A DNA stretch of 64,000 nt from an uncultured Actinomycetota bacterium. Its GTDB lineage: Bacteria > Actinomycetota > Actinomycetes > JAHEKZ01. The position numbers and the translations under genes are program-made. The stretch covers positions 288,001 to 352,000 of the forward strand of contig CAVURN010000001.1 of assembly GCA_963743915.1 (NCBI GenBank), in the 5' to 3' direction. Shown in pieces: positions 21,013 through 34,264 of the stretch. The first letter of the stretch is position 1. Each line of letters begins with the position of its first letter. A model generated the notes under the pieces. That model did not search any database. It was not told the DNA's origin and worked only from the letters and a program-made list of their open reading frames with translations.

Positions 21013-22020
21013 ATGAGTCCGGCCAACCACCACACCCAGGTGCTCGACCGGGTGGCGATCGTCACCGGGGGTGGGACCGGCATCGGGCGTGCCACGGCGC
21101 TGCACCTGGCAGCGGACGGCTACAAGGTCGCGATCTGCGGGCGCCGCCCTGAACCGCTCGAGGAGGTGCGCGAGGCCATCGTCGTCTCCGGTGGCGTGTG
21201 CCTCGCCGTGCCCTGCGACGTGCGTGAGCCGGAACAGGTCGAGGCTTTCGTCGGTCGTGTGCTCGACGAGGGTGGCCGGATCGACGCCCTGGTCAACAAC
21301 GCCGGTGGCCAGTTCGTCGCCGACGCCGAGGACATCAGCCTGAACGGCTTCCGCGCGGTGCACCGCGTCGCCGTCGAGGGCGCATGGTCGATGACGCGGG
21401 AGGTGGCCAACCGAGCCTTCATCCCGCAGCGATCAGGGAACGTGGTGTTCGTCGGGTTCAGCCCGCGCCGCGGGATGCCCCAGGCGGCGCACGGTGCCTC
21501 CGCCCGCGCCGCGGTGGAGAACCTCGCGACCGGCCTCGCGCTGGAGTGGTCGCGCTACGGCATCCGCACCAACTGCGTCAGCGTCGGCACGGTCGACACC
21601 GAGGGTCTGGAGAAGTACGGCGACCTCGTGGCGGAGTGGGTCGAGACGATCCCCATGAAGCGCCTCGGCACGCCGGGGGAGGTCGCCTCGGTGATCGCCT
21701 TCCTGGTGTCGGACGCCGCCAGCTACGTCACCGGAACGGTCGTCACGGTCGACGGTGGCGCAGATGCATGGGGCGTCGGCGGGCTGCCCCCCGCGCTCGC
21801 AGGGCCTTCGGACCACTGCGGGCCCGCCGTAGCGCGTCGGGGCCTAGACCGATCGTCCGGCCTCGTCGCTGAGGGCGTCGCAGCAGCAGGGCGAGTGACG
21901 TCGCGGACGGCAGGCTCGTGCCGCCCGAGCTCCGCCTCCACCTGGGCGAGCACCGGCAGGAAGGCGCGCCCGGCCGCCTGGTGCGCCGCACGCCCCTCGG
22001 CGGTCAGCCGCAGCACGTAG
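21013..22020 (+). CDS. SDR family oxidoreductase (frame open to 22020, but family similarity ends ~21790)
   Basis: TGGGTGIG, LVNNAGGQF, PMKRLG, ASYVTG...VDGG; resembles peroxisomal trans-2-enoyl-CoA reductase-type SDRs. Confidence 0.85.
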   Translation: MSPANHHTQVLDRVAIVTGGGTGIGRATALHLAADGYKVAICGRRPEPLEEVREAIVVSGGVCLAVPCDVREPEQVEAFVGRVLDEGGRIDALVNNAGGQFVADAEDISLNGFRAVHRVAVEGAWSMTREVANRAFIPQRSGNVVFVGFSPRRGMPQAAHGASARAAVENLATGLALEWSRYGIRTNCVSVGTVDTEGLEKYGDLVAEWVETIPMKRLGTPGEVASVIAFLVSDAASYVTGTVVTVDGGADAWGVGGLPPALAGPSDHCGPAVARRGLDRSSGLVAEGVAAAGRVTSRTAGSCRPSSASTWASTGRKARPAAWCAARPSAVSRST

Positions 22021-22265
22021 GAGCGCCCGTCGTCCGGGTTGCGGCGCCGTTCGAGGTGCCCGCGCGACTCGAGGCGCTTGACGTAGCTCGACACCGTCGT
22101 GGGTGGCGCTGCCATCCAGCGCGCGACCTCTCTCGGCGTCATCGACGGCGCGGAGGACAGCACCGAGTACAGGCCGAACTCGTCGGCGGATAGGCCGGTC
22201 GCGGCGAGCGCCCGGTCGAGCGCTCCCGAGGTGGCGCGGGACACCCGCCACACGTCGAACAGCAC
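21844..22265 (-). CDS. MarR family transcriptional regulator (termini uncertain because of frameshifts)
   Basis: GLSADEFGLYSVL...PPTTVSSYVKRLESRGHLERRRNPDDGRSYVLRLTAEG. Confidence 0.85.
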
Positions 22266-22326
22266 GTTCGTCCCCTGCTCGGACGACTTGACAGAGTTTT
22301 CTACGATCTCGCACTATTGGAGTGTA

Positions 22327-22340
22327 CTACGAAATCGTAG
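22327..22340. promoter_or_regulatory. Palindromic putative MarR operator CTACGA-AA-TCGTAG
   Basis: Perfect inverted repeat in the divergent spacer between marR and the truncated ORF. Confidence 0.55.
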
Positions 22341-22360
22341 CAATCACCGAGAGGCACGCC

Positions 22361-22495
22361 ATGTCGTTCACCACTCTGCACGCGGGGGTCGAGGACTTCG
22401 GTACCGTCCGGCACCTCCGGGTCGCGGGTTCGCAGCGCGAGATCGGACGCGCCCTGGCCGCGGCAGTAGGCGGCACCTTGACCCTCCACATCTGA
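22361..22495 (+). pseudogene. 5' remnant of an interrupted gene (C45/Ntn-hydrolase-like N-terminus)
   Basis: SD GAGAGG plus ATG; MSFTTLHAGVEDFGTVRHLRVAGSQREIGRALA, then an abrupt stop at the border of the lower-GC segment. Confidence 0.5.
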
Positions 22496-22676
22496 CAGCG
22501 AGCTGCTACCTCCTGCCTGTGAGTCTGTGCCTGCATCGTCATCCCTGGTATGGGTGACCGATCGGGCGTTACGTCAACGAAACTGCTGCACTCCCGAGCA
22601 CCGAGAGCTATGGGTTGCGTGTTGGTGGGGGTGTACTTTGACAATCACTCGTGGAGTGATGATCGGGGAGCCCAAC

Positions 22677-23903
22677 ATGAAGCGTCAACGAGCCTTGGTC
22701 TTATGGATCTTCATGGGAACCGCCGTCGCACTTCTCTACACGGCTCCTGCGAGCGCTGCTCCTCAAGGCGAGTGGGAAGACCTCTCGGTTGCCGAGCGCC
22801 AGGACCTCACCCTCATCGCCGAATCCGAGGGGATCGGAACGGACGAGGCGATGGAGCGCGTGGCTTGGCAGAATGGTTTCGCGATGGCTGCGACGGCGGT
22901 GCAAGAGGCCTATCCTGAGACGTTCGCCCACGCTGAGATCGTCAGTGAGATACCGGCAGTGGGCTCCATCTCGTTCGTAGGGCCCGTGCCGGTTGGCGTG
23001 CTCGCAGTTGCTCACCTCTGTGCCTGAGGGCGTCAAAGTCGAACTGATACCCGGCGCCGAGTTATCGGCCGCAGCGGTCGACGCCGCCATCAGCGACGTT
23101 CACCACGCTGTATCGGCGACCGGACTTGGTAGGAGATGTCACCACGACTTACGACCGCGAAGCGGGGCTGGTCCGCGTCGCCGCTCAGCCGAAGAGCGAG
23201 GAGGACCTCGAAGGTCAGGAGCAAGCCATCCGATCGATGCTCCCCGGAGAGCCTTCCTCCATTCGAGATAGATCCTCGACCCCCGGTTCGGCGGAAGAGA
23301 TGACGTCCGAAAGGGGGGAGGTCGACTCGAGGTAAGTGGCGACAGCGACCTTGAGTGCACTGCGGGATTCAACGTCGTCAAGCCTAACGGCACGACAGGC
23401 GTGGCGACGGCGGGTCACTGCCTCAACAACTCTGACGCATGAGAACGAGAGCGGCGACCTCGAGGTGGATCTCAACTGGCAGGCCGCTCACCGGGGTGCT
23501 TGGGGCGACTTCCAGTGGCATACGTCCACTGAGGGTGAGTCGGACAACTTCTTCTACAACTGGAACTCCACACGGGACGTCATTGCTTGGAGCAACCCGG
23601 TCGACGGGCAAACGCTCTGTCGCTTCGGCAAGGAATACCGGAGCAACCTGCAGCGGGGTTAATGACCTCAGCATCTGCAAGACGTCCGATGGACACGAGT
23701 TGTGTCGTCTGGTTCGGATGAACGATGACGAAGCTGGTCCGGGTGACAGCGGTGGTCCGTGGTACTACGGCGAGACCGCCTACGGATACCACCAGGGATC
23801 CGTAGGACTTGGTTGCGGATTCCTCGGGCTCTGGTCGTGCGACGTTTGGTCCCGCGCGTCGTACATCGATGAGGCCCTGGGCGTTTCGGTCCGGACAAGT
23901 TGA
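22677..23903 (+). CDS. Secreted S1 (chymotrypsin/alpha-lytic-like) serine protease with pro-region; multiply frameshifted
   Basis: Signal peptide MKRQRALVLW...ASA; CTAGFNV...VATAGHC at ~23357-23421; GDSGGPWY at ~23742. Confidence 0.75.
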
Positions 23904-23914
23904 ACGTGCGAACG

Positions 23915-24241
23915 ATGCCCGGATGGTGCATTGCGCTGCTCGGTGTGCTCCCGATGGCAGGATGCGGCGGAGACGCACCATCGATTGTCATCGTCTACGG
24001 CGATCCGGATTCCTCGAGACTCGAGGTAGGCGTGGACGTCTGCAACAGGAACCCGTCGGTCGACGCCGAAGAAACGACCGAGGAGGTTCGCCTGACGGCT
24101 ACGGCCGATGAGCTCTCTGGTGATGGGGAGGACGACTGCCGAGACTCCGTCGACCTCACACTGGAAGCTCCGTTGGGTGATCGAATCGTCGTCGACGACT
24201 CGACCGGCGAGCAGGTGGAAGTGGCTCCGCTCGAAGACTGA
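23915..24241 (+). CDS. Small acidic lipoprotein, hypothetical
   Basis: Lipobox-like LLGVLPMAGC; two further Cys; C-terminal LEAPLGDRIVVD. Confidence 0.7.
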   Translation: MPGWCIALLGVLPMAGCGGDAPSIVIVYGDPDSSRLEVGVDVCNRNPSVDAEETTEEVRLTATADELSGDGEDDCRDSVDLTLEAPLGDRIVVDDSTGEQVEVAPLED

Positions 24242-24250
24242 CCGTGACCG

Positions 24251-24321
24251 CTGAGCTTCTACCTCCACGACCGGACGGACGCAGCGTGTACTCCGACCCG
24301 AGGGTGTTCTCGCTCGGTTGA
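24251..24321 (+). pseudogene. Possible 3' remnant of the gene interrupted at 22361
   Basis: Reads LSFYLHD / DGRSVYSDPRVFSLG* with host-like codons immediately after the cassette. Confidence 0.35.
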
Positions 24322-24329
24322 CGTCCGGC

Positions 24330-25503
24330 TCAGGAGGCGAGCGGGGCCGCGGGTGCGCGCTTGTGGGGGTCGATGAAGGGGATCGCCGCCGTGGTTCCCT
24401 GGAGGCTGCCCTGCTCGGACTCCACGTCGAGCACGTGACCAGGTGACGCCAGCTCGATCGGCACCCACACGTAGCCGATGTTCCGCTCGAGTGCCGGCGA
24501 CCAGGTCACGTCGGTGACGCGACCCACCGGGCGTCCGTCGCGGAGGACGGGCCAGGGCTGGGTGAGCGTCAGGTCTCCACCGTCACCGGCGAAGGTGATC
24601 CCGACCAGCTTGCGGTCGACGCCCTTCTGCTGCAGCTCCTGCAGCGCCTGCTTCCCGATGTAGTCGGCGTCCTGTTCCTCGACCAGCCGCTCCAGGCCCA
24701 TCACGTGCAGCGGAGTGTCGTCGAGCGTGATGTCCGAGCCGTAGTTGAAGATGCCGGCCTCGACGCGGCGTGCCTCGGACGGAGCGATCGGCCGGATGTC
24801 GAACTCGGCACCGGCGTCCATGAGTCGCGTCCCACAGCTCGCTGCCGCGCGTGCCGTCGAGCAGGTTGACCTCGAAGCCGGGAATGGCCGTCCAGCCGGT
24901 ACGGCTGATCACCACCGGGATGCCGTTGATGGTGAAGCTGGCGCACCAGTAGTAGCGCAGCTCGGTGATGGCATCGCCGACGAGCTTGCGGAGCGTGTCG
25001 ATCGCGCGCGGGCCCTGCACCTGGACGGGGTGGACGTCGGGGAGCGTGACCTCGGCGTCGAGGCCGCTGTTGACCAGCACACCCATGAGGTACAGGTGTG
25101 CGTCGGAGTCGGCGAGCTGCAGCCACCAACGGTTCGGCGCGACGTGCAGCAGCACCGGGTCGTTGACGATCCCACCGTCGGGGGCCGTGACGATCATGTA
25201 CTTGCCCTGGCCGACCGCGCAGGTGGTGAGGTCTCGGCAGGTGACGAGGTTGACGAGAGCGTCGGCGTCGGGACCGCTGACCTCGACGGTGCGCTCGACG
25301 CCGACGTCCCACAGCGTGACGCCGGTCGTCAGTGCCGCGTACTCGACCAACGGGTCGTCGTAGTGCGCGGGCAGGTACATGTGGTTGTAGACGTCGTAGG
25401 CGTCGCATCCCGCCCGTCGGGTCGCCTCGAACATGGGAGAGCGTCGATACCAGGGACCGAAGTAGAGCGTGGCACTGAGCTGTTCGGCGACCGTGGTGGC
25501 CAT
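24330..25503 (-). CDS. GcvT-family THF-dependent aminomethyltransferase/demethylase, DmdA-like; apparent frameshift ~24825
   Basis: YNHMYLP, LWDVGVER, GPDA, RDL, GGIVNDPVLL, WWLQLADSD, VQGP, SRTGW, RRVEAG, YIGK. Confidence 0.88.
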
Positions 25504-25548
25504 GACCGTTCCCTTCGTGGGGGGCCGAGCCGGGCACTCGGCCTAAAA

Positions 25549-25568
25549 CTGACTGAGTGCTCAGTCAA
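25549..25568. promoter_or_regulatory. Palindromic operator copy 2 (CTGACTGA-GTGC-TCAGTCAA)
   Basis: Near-perfect inverted repeat 45 nt upstream of the GcvT-like start. Confidence 0.7.
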
Positions 25569-25673
25569 TCTACGCCCGACGTCGGACCTCCCGCAAGGGG
25601 GTGGTCACCCCCGATACGCTGTGCCGATGGAACCTCCCAGTACCGAGGGGGCTCACCCTGAGGTCATGCGGTC

Positions 25674-26970
25674 ATGAGCCCCCTGCTGGTCAACGTCGGC
25701 GTCGTCCTCGTCTTCGTGCTGATCGGTGGCTTCTTCGCCGCCGCCGAGATCGCCCTCGTGTCGCTCCGCGAGAGCCAGGTCGACCCAGCTCGCCCAGCGG
25801 GGCAGCCGGGGTCGGGCGGTCGCGAGGCTGCACGACCACCCCAACCGCTTCCTCTCCTCGGTGCAGATCGGCGTCACCCTCGCGGGCTTCCTGTCGGCGG
25901 CGTTCGGCGCCTCCACGATTGCGGACGACGTGTCGCCCGTGCTCGTCGACTGGGGGATGTCCCCGGGCGTGGCCAGCGCTGTGGCTCTGCTGTCGATCAC
26001 CCTGGTGATCGTCTACCTCTCCTTGGTCCTGGGTGAGCTCGCTCCCAAACGGCTCGCCCTGCAGCGGGCCGAGGGTTTTGCGCTGTTTGCCGCGCCGGTC
26101 ATCGAGTTCATCGCCCGCATCTCGACACCGGTCATCTGGCTCCTGTCGGCGTCGACGAACGTGATCGTCCGGCTCGCGGGCGGTGACCCGAAGGCATCCC
26201 GTGAGCAGATGAGTGAGCTCGAGCTGCGCGAGCTCGTCGCGGGGCATGAGGAGCTCGACGACGAGGAGCGCAAGCTGCTCGAGAAGGTCTTCAACGCCAA
26301 CGACCAGCAGCTGCGCGAGGTGATGGTCCCGCGGACGGAGGTCGACTTCCTGGACGCGGGCACGCCGCTGTTCAAGGCCCTCAAGGACGCCGCGAAGATG
26401 CCGCACTCCCGATACCCGGTCGTGCGCGGGTCCGCCGACGACGTCACCGGATTCGTGCACGTGCGCGACCTGTTCGACCCCGAGCTGACCGGTCGGTCGG
26501 TCCGCGTCGGCGAGCTCACCCGGCCCGTGCTCATGCTGCCCGGCACCAACCGCGTCCTCTCGTCGCTGCAGCAGATGCGCAGCGAAGGGCAGCACCTGGC
26601 GATCGTCGTCGACGAGTACGGCGGCACCGCCGGCATCGTCACGCTCGAGGACCTGGTCGAGGAGCTGGTCGGGGAGATCCGCGACGAGTACGACGAGCCC
26701 GAGCCGGAGACGATGCGGGTGGGTGAGACCGTCGAGGTGGACGGGCTGCTCAACATCGAGGACTTCCAGGACGAGACAGGGGTCGAGCTCCCCGAAGGCC
26801 CCTACGAGACGGCCACCGGATACGTCGTGCACGTCCTCGGCCGCTTCCCCCAGGTGGGGGACCGGCTGAGCATCAATGGTCACCGGATCGAGGTCGCCGA
26901 GGTCGAAGGACGCCGCGCCTCGAGGATCCGGGTCACACCCGAGGCGTCGTCGCGCCCCGCCGAGGCGTAG
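25674..26970 (+). CDS. HlyC/CorC (CNNM-CBS-CorC) family membrane protein; apparent frameshift ~25782
   Basis: GFFAAAEIALVSLR, QIGVTLAG, GELAPK, VMVPRTEV, HSRYPV, VDEYGGTAGIVTLEDLVEELVGEIRDEYD. Confidence 0.92.
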
Positions 26971-28023
<1,053 letters not shown>

Positions 28024-28025
28024 CC

Positions 28026-28551
28026 GTGGAGGCAAGGCATCGCGACGATCGGCGTCGTCCTCACCGTCCCGGAGCCATGGGGCGAGGAGCTTCAGGAGCG
28101 GCGTGCCGGGTACGGGGACACGGTGGCATGGACGATTCCCACCCACATCACGCTGCTGCCTCCGACCCAGGTGCCCGAGGAGCGGCTCGCGGCCGTGGAC
28201 GCACACCTGAGCAACGTCGCCTCCGCGCGTGCGCCGTTCACGGTGCTGCTGCAAGGCTCGGGAACGTTCCGTCCGGTCACCCAGACCTCGTTCGTGGTGG
28301 TCGAACAGGGCGGTGAGATCTGCACCCTGCTCGCCGACCACGTCCGATCCGGTCCGCTGCGTCGGCGACTGCCGTTCCCGTTCCATCCACACGTCACCAT
28401 GGCGGTCGACCTCACTGACAGCGTCCATGACCAGGTGGAGGAGGAGATGTCCTCGTTCTCGGCGGAGTTCCTCGTCGCCGGGCTCGACCGGTACGTCCTC
28501 GCCGAGCACGGCGTCTGGGAGCCGGTCGCCGGCTTCGCGTTCGGAGCCTAG
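28026..28551 (+). CDS. 2H phosphoesterase / 2'-5' RNA ligase family protein; apparent frameshift ~28040
   Basis: PTHITL and PHVTM motifs; usual trpS neighbour. Confidence 0.88.
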
Positions 28552-29541
28552 ATGCGGGCTCGAGTGGAGCGACTGCTCGGATGGCTCCGGGGCGTGACCT
28601 GGATCGACCACCACCGACGTGCCTGGGCTCGAGCGGGGGGTCTGCGCTTCACCCGGTGGGCAGCCGGCATGGCGCTGTTCGGGTACCTCGCGCTCTTCCC
28701 GTTGCTCGTGCTGACCTTCATCGTCTTCGGGATCGTGCTGTCGCAGGCACCCGAGGTCCGCAGCGAGGTCGAGACGTTCCTGAGGGAGTCCCTCCCGTTG
28801 CTCTTCGACCCACAAGGGGGTCAGGCGCCGGTCGACATCGCCGAAGTTGCGCGGACCACCGTGAGTGCGGGGGTCGTCGCTGTGGTCGCCCTGCTGTACG
28901 CGGGCCTGGGCTGGGTGGACGCCACCCTCGAGGGAGTGCGCCGCATGCAAGGGGCGTTGCGGCGCCCCGGCAGCTTCGTCGTCCTCAAGCTGCAGGACTC
29001 CGCGGCGCTGGTCGCGATGGGCACGGTGCTGCTCGCCGCCCTGGTGGGAGCTGTTCTCGTCAAGGCGACCGGGTCATCTGCGCTCGAGTCGGTCGGATGG
29101 GCCGGCGGGAGCACCTGGCTGCTGCAGCTCAGCGCAGCCCTGATCTCGGGTCTGCTGCTGCTGCTCACCGTGGCCGCGTTGTACGGGTTCGCCTGGTGGC
29201 GCCGACCTCGTCGGCGGTGGGGAGTGGTGCTGCGTGGAGCTCTCATGACCAGCGTCACCCTGGCGTTGATGCTGCAGCTGTCGTTCCTGCTCGTGGGCCG
29301 CACGCTGGGCAACCCGGTCTACGGCACTCTCGCCCTGGCCGCCGCGCTCCTGCTGTTCCTGTACTTCTCGTCGGCGGTGCTGCTGTACGTGGCGTGCTGG
29401 GTGGCGGTGGTGGAGGGCGCCTCCGAGACCCTCGAGGAGGTCGCGTACGGCGCGAGAAGCAGGGGCGAAACTGTCGTCCTTCCCGCGGTCAGCGAGGTGC
29501 GGACGGACGTCGACGCTGCAGCCACCAGCCCGAAAGGGTGA
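28552..29541 (+). CDS. YihY/BrkB family membrane protein
   Basis: AAGMALFGYLALFPLL, NPVYG, LYVACW; 6-7 TM. Confidence 0.85.
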   Translation: MRARVERLLGWLRGVTWIDHHRRAWARAGGLRFTRWAAGMALFGYLALFPLLVLTFIVFGIVLSQAPEVRSEVETFLRESLPLLFDPQGGQAPVDIAEVARTTVSAGVVAVVALLYAGLGWVDATLEGVRRMQGALRRPGSFVVLKLQDSAALVAMGTVLLAALVGAVLVKATGSSALESVGWAGGSTWLLQLSAALISGLLLLLTVAALYGFAWWRRPRRRWGVVLRGALMTSVTLALMLQLSFLLVGRTLGNPVYGTLALAAALLLFLYFSSAVLLYVACWVAVVEGASETLEEVAYGARSRGETVVLPAVSEVRTDVDAAATSPKG

Positions 29542-30595
29542 GGCCGAGACCGACGACCACCCAGACGGCCACGGCCGCGCCACCGGACCGGACGGGTTCG
29601 CTGGTGGTTGCGTCCTCCACCGCAGCCGCCTGAGGGGTGCTGTCGGTGTCGGGGACGACCTGCGGAGTCGTGATCGTCACCAGGGGCTCCTCGAGCGAGC
29701 CGACCGCGAGGGCGTCCTGGCCGCGACCGAAGCCCCAGTTCAGCAGCTTGGTGGCGGCGGTCTCGGAGGACTCGACCACGCCCATCAGCGCCACGATGAG
29801 GGTCCGGCCGCCACGCTCTGCGGCGCCGACGAAGGTGCGCCCGGCCTCGGTGGTGTACCCGGTCTTGACGCCGAGCACACCCGGGTACCCGGAGAGCAGC
29901 AGCGGGTTCTGGTTGTAGATCATGTAGCTCTTGCGACGGGCGTCGCCCTTGGGCTCCTGTGCGGGGAACGCCACCGACACCGTGGACACGTAGCGCCGGA
30001 AGTCACGATCGGTGAGCCCGGCGCGCGAGAAGATCGCCAGGTCGAAGGCCGAGCTCAACTGTCCCGGTGCGTCCAGGCCGGTCGGGTTCATCGCATGGGT
30101 GTCGTGCGCCCCGAGCCGGTCCGCGAGCCGGTTCATGGCGTGGACGGTGCCGCGGACACTCCCTGCCGCACGGGCGAGGGCACGCGCGGCGTCGTTGCCG
30201 CTCGGGAGCATCAGTCCGTAGAACAGGTCGTCGACGGTGTAGCGCGACCCGGGCACGAGTCCCACGGCGCTGCCGGCCACATGGGCGTCGGCCCACTGCA
30301 CGCGGTACTCGTCGTCGAGGCGCAGCCGAGGCAGCAGCGTGATGGCCGTGAGGGTCTTGAGGGTGCTGGCCGGCCTTAGCCGCAGGTGGGCGTTCTTGGC
30401 GGCGAGGACATCACCGGTCTCGGCGTCGACGACGACCCATGCCTTCGCCAGGACCGTGGGTGGTGCCGCAGCTCCGTGCACCACCACCCCGGGTGCCCCA
30501 AGGGGATCGCTGTCGTCGGCCGCCGCGGCCGGAACGACGCCCGCGAAGGCTGCCAGGAGCACCGCGGCGGTGACGGTGCGGAGAGTCACAGTCAT
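29489..30595 (-). CDS. D-alanyl-D-alanine carboxypeptidase (peptidase S11)
   Basis: Signal peptide; PASTLK (SxxK), SGN, NPTGLD, KTGYT; C-terminal anchor. Confidence 0.92.
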   Translation of the reverse strand: MTVTLRTVTAAVLLAAFAGVVPAAAADDSDPLGAPGVVVHGAAAPPTVLAKAWVVVDAETGDVLAAKNAHLRLRPASTLKTLTAITLLPRLRLDDEYRVQWADAHVAGSAVGLVPGSRYTVDDLFYGLMLPSGNDAARALARAAGSVRGTVHAMNRLADRLGAHDTHAMNPTGLDAPGQLSSAFDLAIFSRAGLTDRDFRRYVSTVSVAFPAQEPKGDARRKSYMIYNQNPLLLSGYPGVLGVKTGYTTEAGRTFVGAAERGGRTLIVALMGVVESSETAATKLLNWGFGRGQDALAVGSLEEPLVTITTPQVVPDTDSTPQAAAVEDATTSEPVRSGGAAVAVWVVVGLGLTLSGWWLQRRRPSAPR

Positions 30596-30626
30596 GACCC
30601 GCGAGAGGCTACCAACCCGATTCCTC

Positions 30627-30678
30627 CGCCAGGGCGCCACGGTCACCCCGCAGGACGGGTCATCGTGGCGCCCTGGCG
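30627..30678. repeat. 52-bp palindromic dispersed repeat, copy 1 (REP/terminator-like)
   Basis: CGCCAGGGCGCCACG...CGTGGCGCCCTGGCG; 46/52 identical to the reverse complement of 47847-47898. Confidence 0.75.
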
Positions 30679-30692
30679 CCTGAGATCGAGGG

Positions 30693-31450
30693 TCAGATCC
30701 GGCGGGAGATCAGCGCGCGCTTGACCTCCTGGATGGCCTTGGTCACCTCGATGCCACGTGGGCACGCGTCCGTGCAGTTGAAGGTGGTGCGGCACCGCCA
30801 CACCCCTTCGCGGTCGTTGAGGATGTCGAGCCGCTGCGCTGCACCCTCGTCGCGGCTGTCGAAGATGAACCGGTGGGCACCGACGATCGCCTGCGGGCCG
30901 AAGTACTGCTCGTCGGCCCAGAAGACCGGGCAGGACGTGGTGCAGGCGGCGCAGAGGATGCACTTGGTGGTGTCGTCGAACCGGTCGCGGTCGTGCTGCG
31001 ACTGCAGGCGCTCGCGGGTGGGCTCGTGCCCCTCGGTGATGAGGAAGGGCTTGACGTCGCGGTACGCCTGAAAGAACGGCTCCATGTCGACGACGAGGTC
31101 CTTCTCCAGCGGCAGACCCTTGATCGCCTCGACCGTGATCGCCTTGTCCATCGCGAGGTCCTTGATCAGCGTCTTGCAGGCCAGGCGGTTGCGGCCGTTG
31201 ATCCGCATCGCGTCCGAGCCGCAGATGCCGTGTGCGCAGGAGCGCCGGTAGGTGAGGGTGCCGTCCTGCTCCCACTTGATCTTGTTGAGCGCGTCGAGGA
31301 CGCGGTCCGTCGGGAACACGTCGACGGGGTAGTCGTGCCAGTAGGGCTCGGTGTCGGTCTCGGGGTTGAAGCGCCGGATGCGCAACGTCACGGTCCGACG
31401 GACGGGGGGTGCTTCGGCCGCCGTCTCGGGGGAGTCGATCGTGGCAGTCA

Positions 31451-31451
<1 letters not shown>
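30693..31451 (-). CDS. sdhB: Succinate dehydrogenase iron-sulfur subunit
   Basis: RRSCAHGICGSD, CILCAACTTSCP, CRTTFNCTDACP. Confidence 0.97.
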
Positions 31452-33199
<1,748 letters not shown>

Positions 33200-33213
33200 A
33201 GGGCTCGAGCTCC

Positions 33214-33654
33214 TCAGCCGATGTTCGGGTCGAAGGTGAAGATCACGAGGGTGCCGGTGAAGAGGATCAGCACCATCGATGCGTAGAGGGCGGCCTTGAG
33301 CCACATGCGGGTCATGTCGCGCTCGGCGTAGTCGTTGATGATGACGCGGAGCCCGTTGCCGCCGTGCAGCTGGGCGAGCCAGAGCATGAGGAGGTCCCAG
33401 ACCTGCCAGAAGGGCGAGGACCAGCGCCCGGCGACGAAGGCGAAGTTGATCCGCTGCACCCCTCCGTCGAGGACGTTCATGATGAACAGGTGCCCGAGGA
33501 CCAGGAAGACGAGCACAAGTCCCGACACCCGCATGAAGATCCACGAGTAGAGCTCGAAGTTGGAGCGTCCGCTGGAACCGAAGCTGCGCTGCGATCGCGG
33601 TGCCTTGATGTCCGGTACCGACGAGGGAGCTGGTGACGAGCTGGCGGCGGACAT
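33214..33654 (-). CDS. sdhD: Succinate dehydrogenase hydrophobic anchor subunit
   Basis: WIFMRVSG, LHGGNGLRVIINDY. Confidence 0.93.
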   Translation of the reverse strand: MSAASSSPAPSSVPDIKAPRSQRSFGSSGRSNFELYSWIFMRVSGLVLVFLVLGHLFIMNVLDGGVQRINFAFVAGRWSSPFWQVWDLLMLWLAQLHGGNGLRVIINDYAERDMTRMWLKAALYASMVLILFTGTLVIFTFDPNIG

Positions 33655-33656
33655 GC

Positions 33657-34049
33657 TCACACCTGCCCGAAGATGTCGGAGACGGTGTGCTCGAGCATGA
33701 AGTAGACGCCCGGCACCATCAGCAGCAGCCAGACCGCGACGATCGACCAGAGCATGGCCTGCTGGTAGCGCGGGCCCTTGCTCCAGAAGTCGATGGCGAT
33801 GACGCGCAGCCCGTTGAGCGCGTGGAAGAGCACGGCGCCGACGAGTCCGACCTCGAGCAGGTTGACCACCGGGTTCTTGTAGGTGGCGATCACGGTGTCG
33901 TACGCCTCGGGCGAGACGCGCACCAGTGCGGTGTCGAGGACGTGCGCGAAGAGGAAGAAGAAGGTGAGTGCCCCGGTGATCCGGTGCGCAACCCACGACC
34001 ACATGCCTTCGCGGCCGCGGTACAGCGTTCCAGCGGGTGCGGTGGGCAC
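33657..34049 (-). CDS. sdhC: Succinate dehydrogenase cytochrome b556 subunit
   Basis: GTLYRGREGMWSWVAHRITG, FHALNGLR. Confidence 0.93.
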   Translation of the reverse strand: MPTAPAGTLYRGREGMWSWVAHRITGALTFFFLFAHVLDTALVRVSPEAYDTVIATYKNPVVNLLEVGLVGAVLFHALNGLRVIAIDFWSKGPRYQQAMLWSIVAVWLLLMVPGVYFMLEHTVSDIFGQV

Positions 34050-34264
34050 CTGACGCCTCCGTTGCGTGTTCTGGGCCGCGTTCGGGCAGGTCACGGCCGG
34101 TGTGCGAGCCCTGCGGTTCAGCAGAAGGTCTCGCCGCGTCGATGCTACCGGCGGCGCCGGAGGTCGCGCCTGTCGGCCTCCGGCGGTGAGAGACACCTCA
34201 CGTCGCCCCGGCGATCGAGCTCGGGGGCACGACCGCGGGCATGTCGGTCCGATGCTCAAGATCG

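Larger units (their letters stand above)
22493..24266. mobile_element. Putative horizontally acquired ~1.8-kb cassette bounded by imperfect direct repeats
   Basis: TGACAGC-GAGCTGCTACCTCC (22493-22513) vs TGACCGCTGAGCTTCTACCTCC (24245-24266); visibly more A/T-rich than the flanks; no recombinase gene. Confidence 0.5.

Noticed and set aside
25592-25617. Additional sigma28-like promoter (GCAAG...CCCGATAC) before hlyC
   Set aside because: Spacer is only 12 nt versus 15-16 in the other four.
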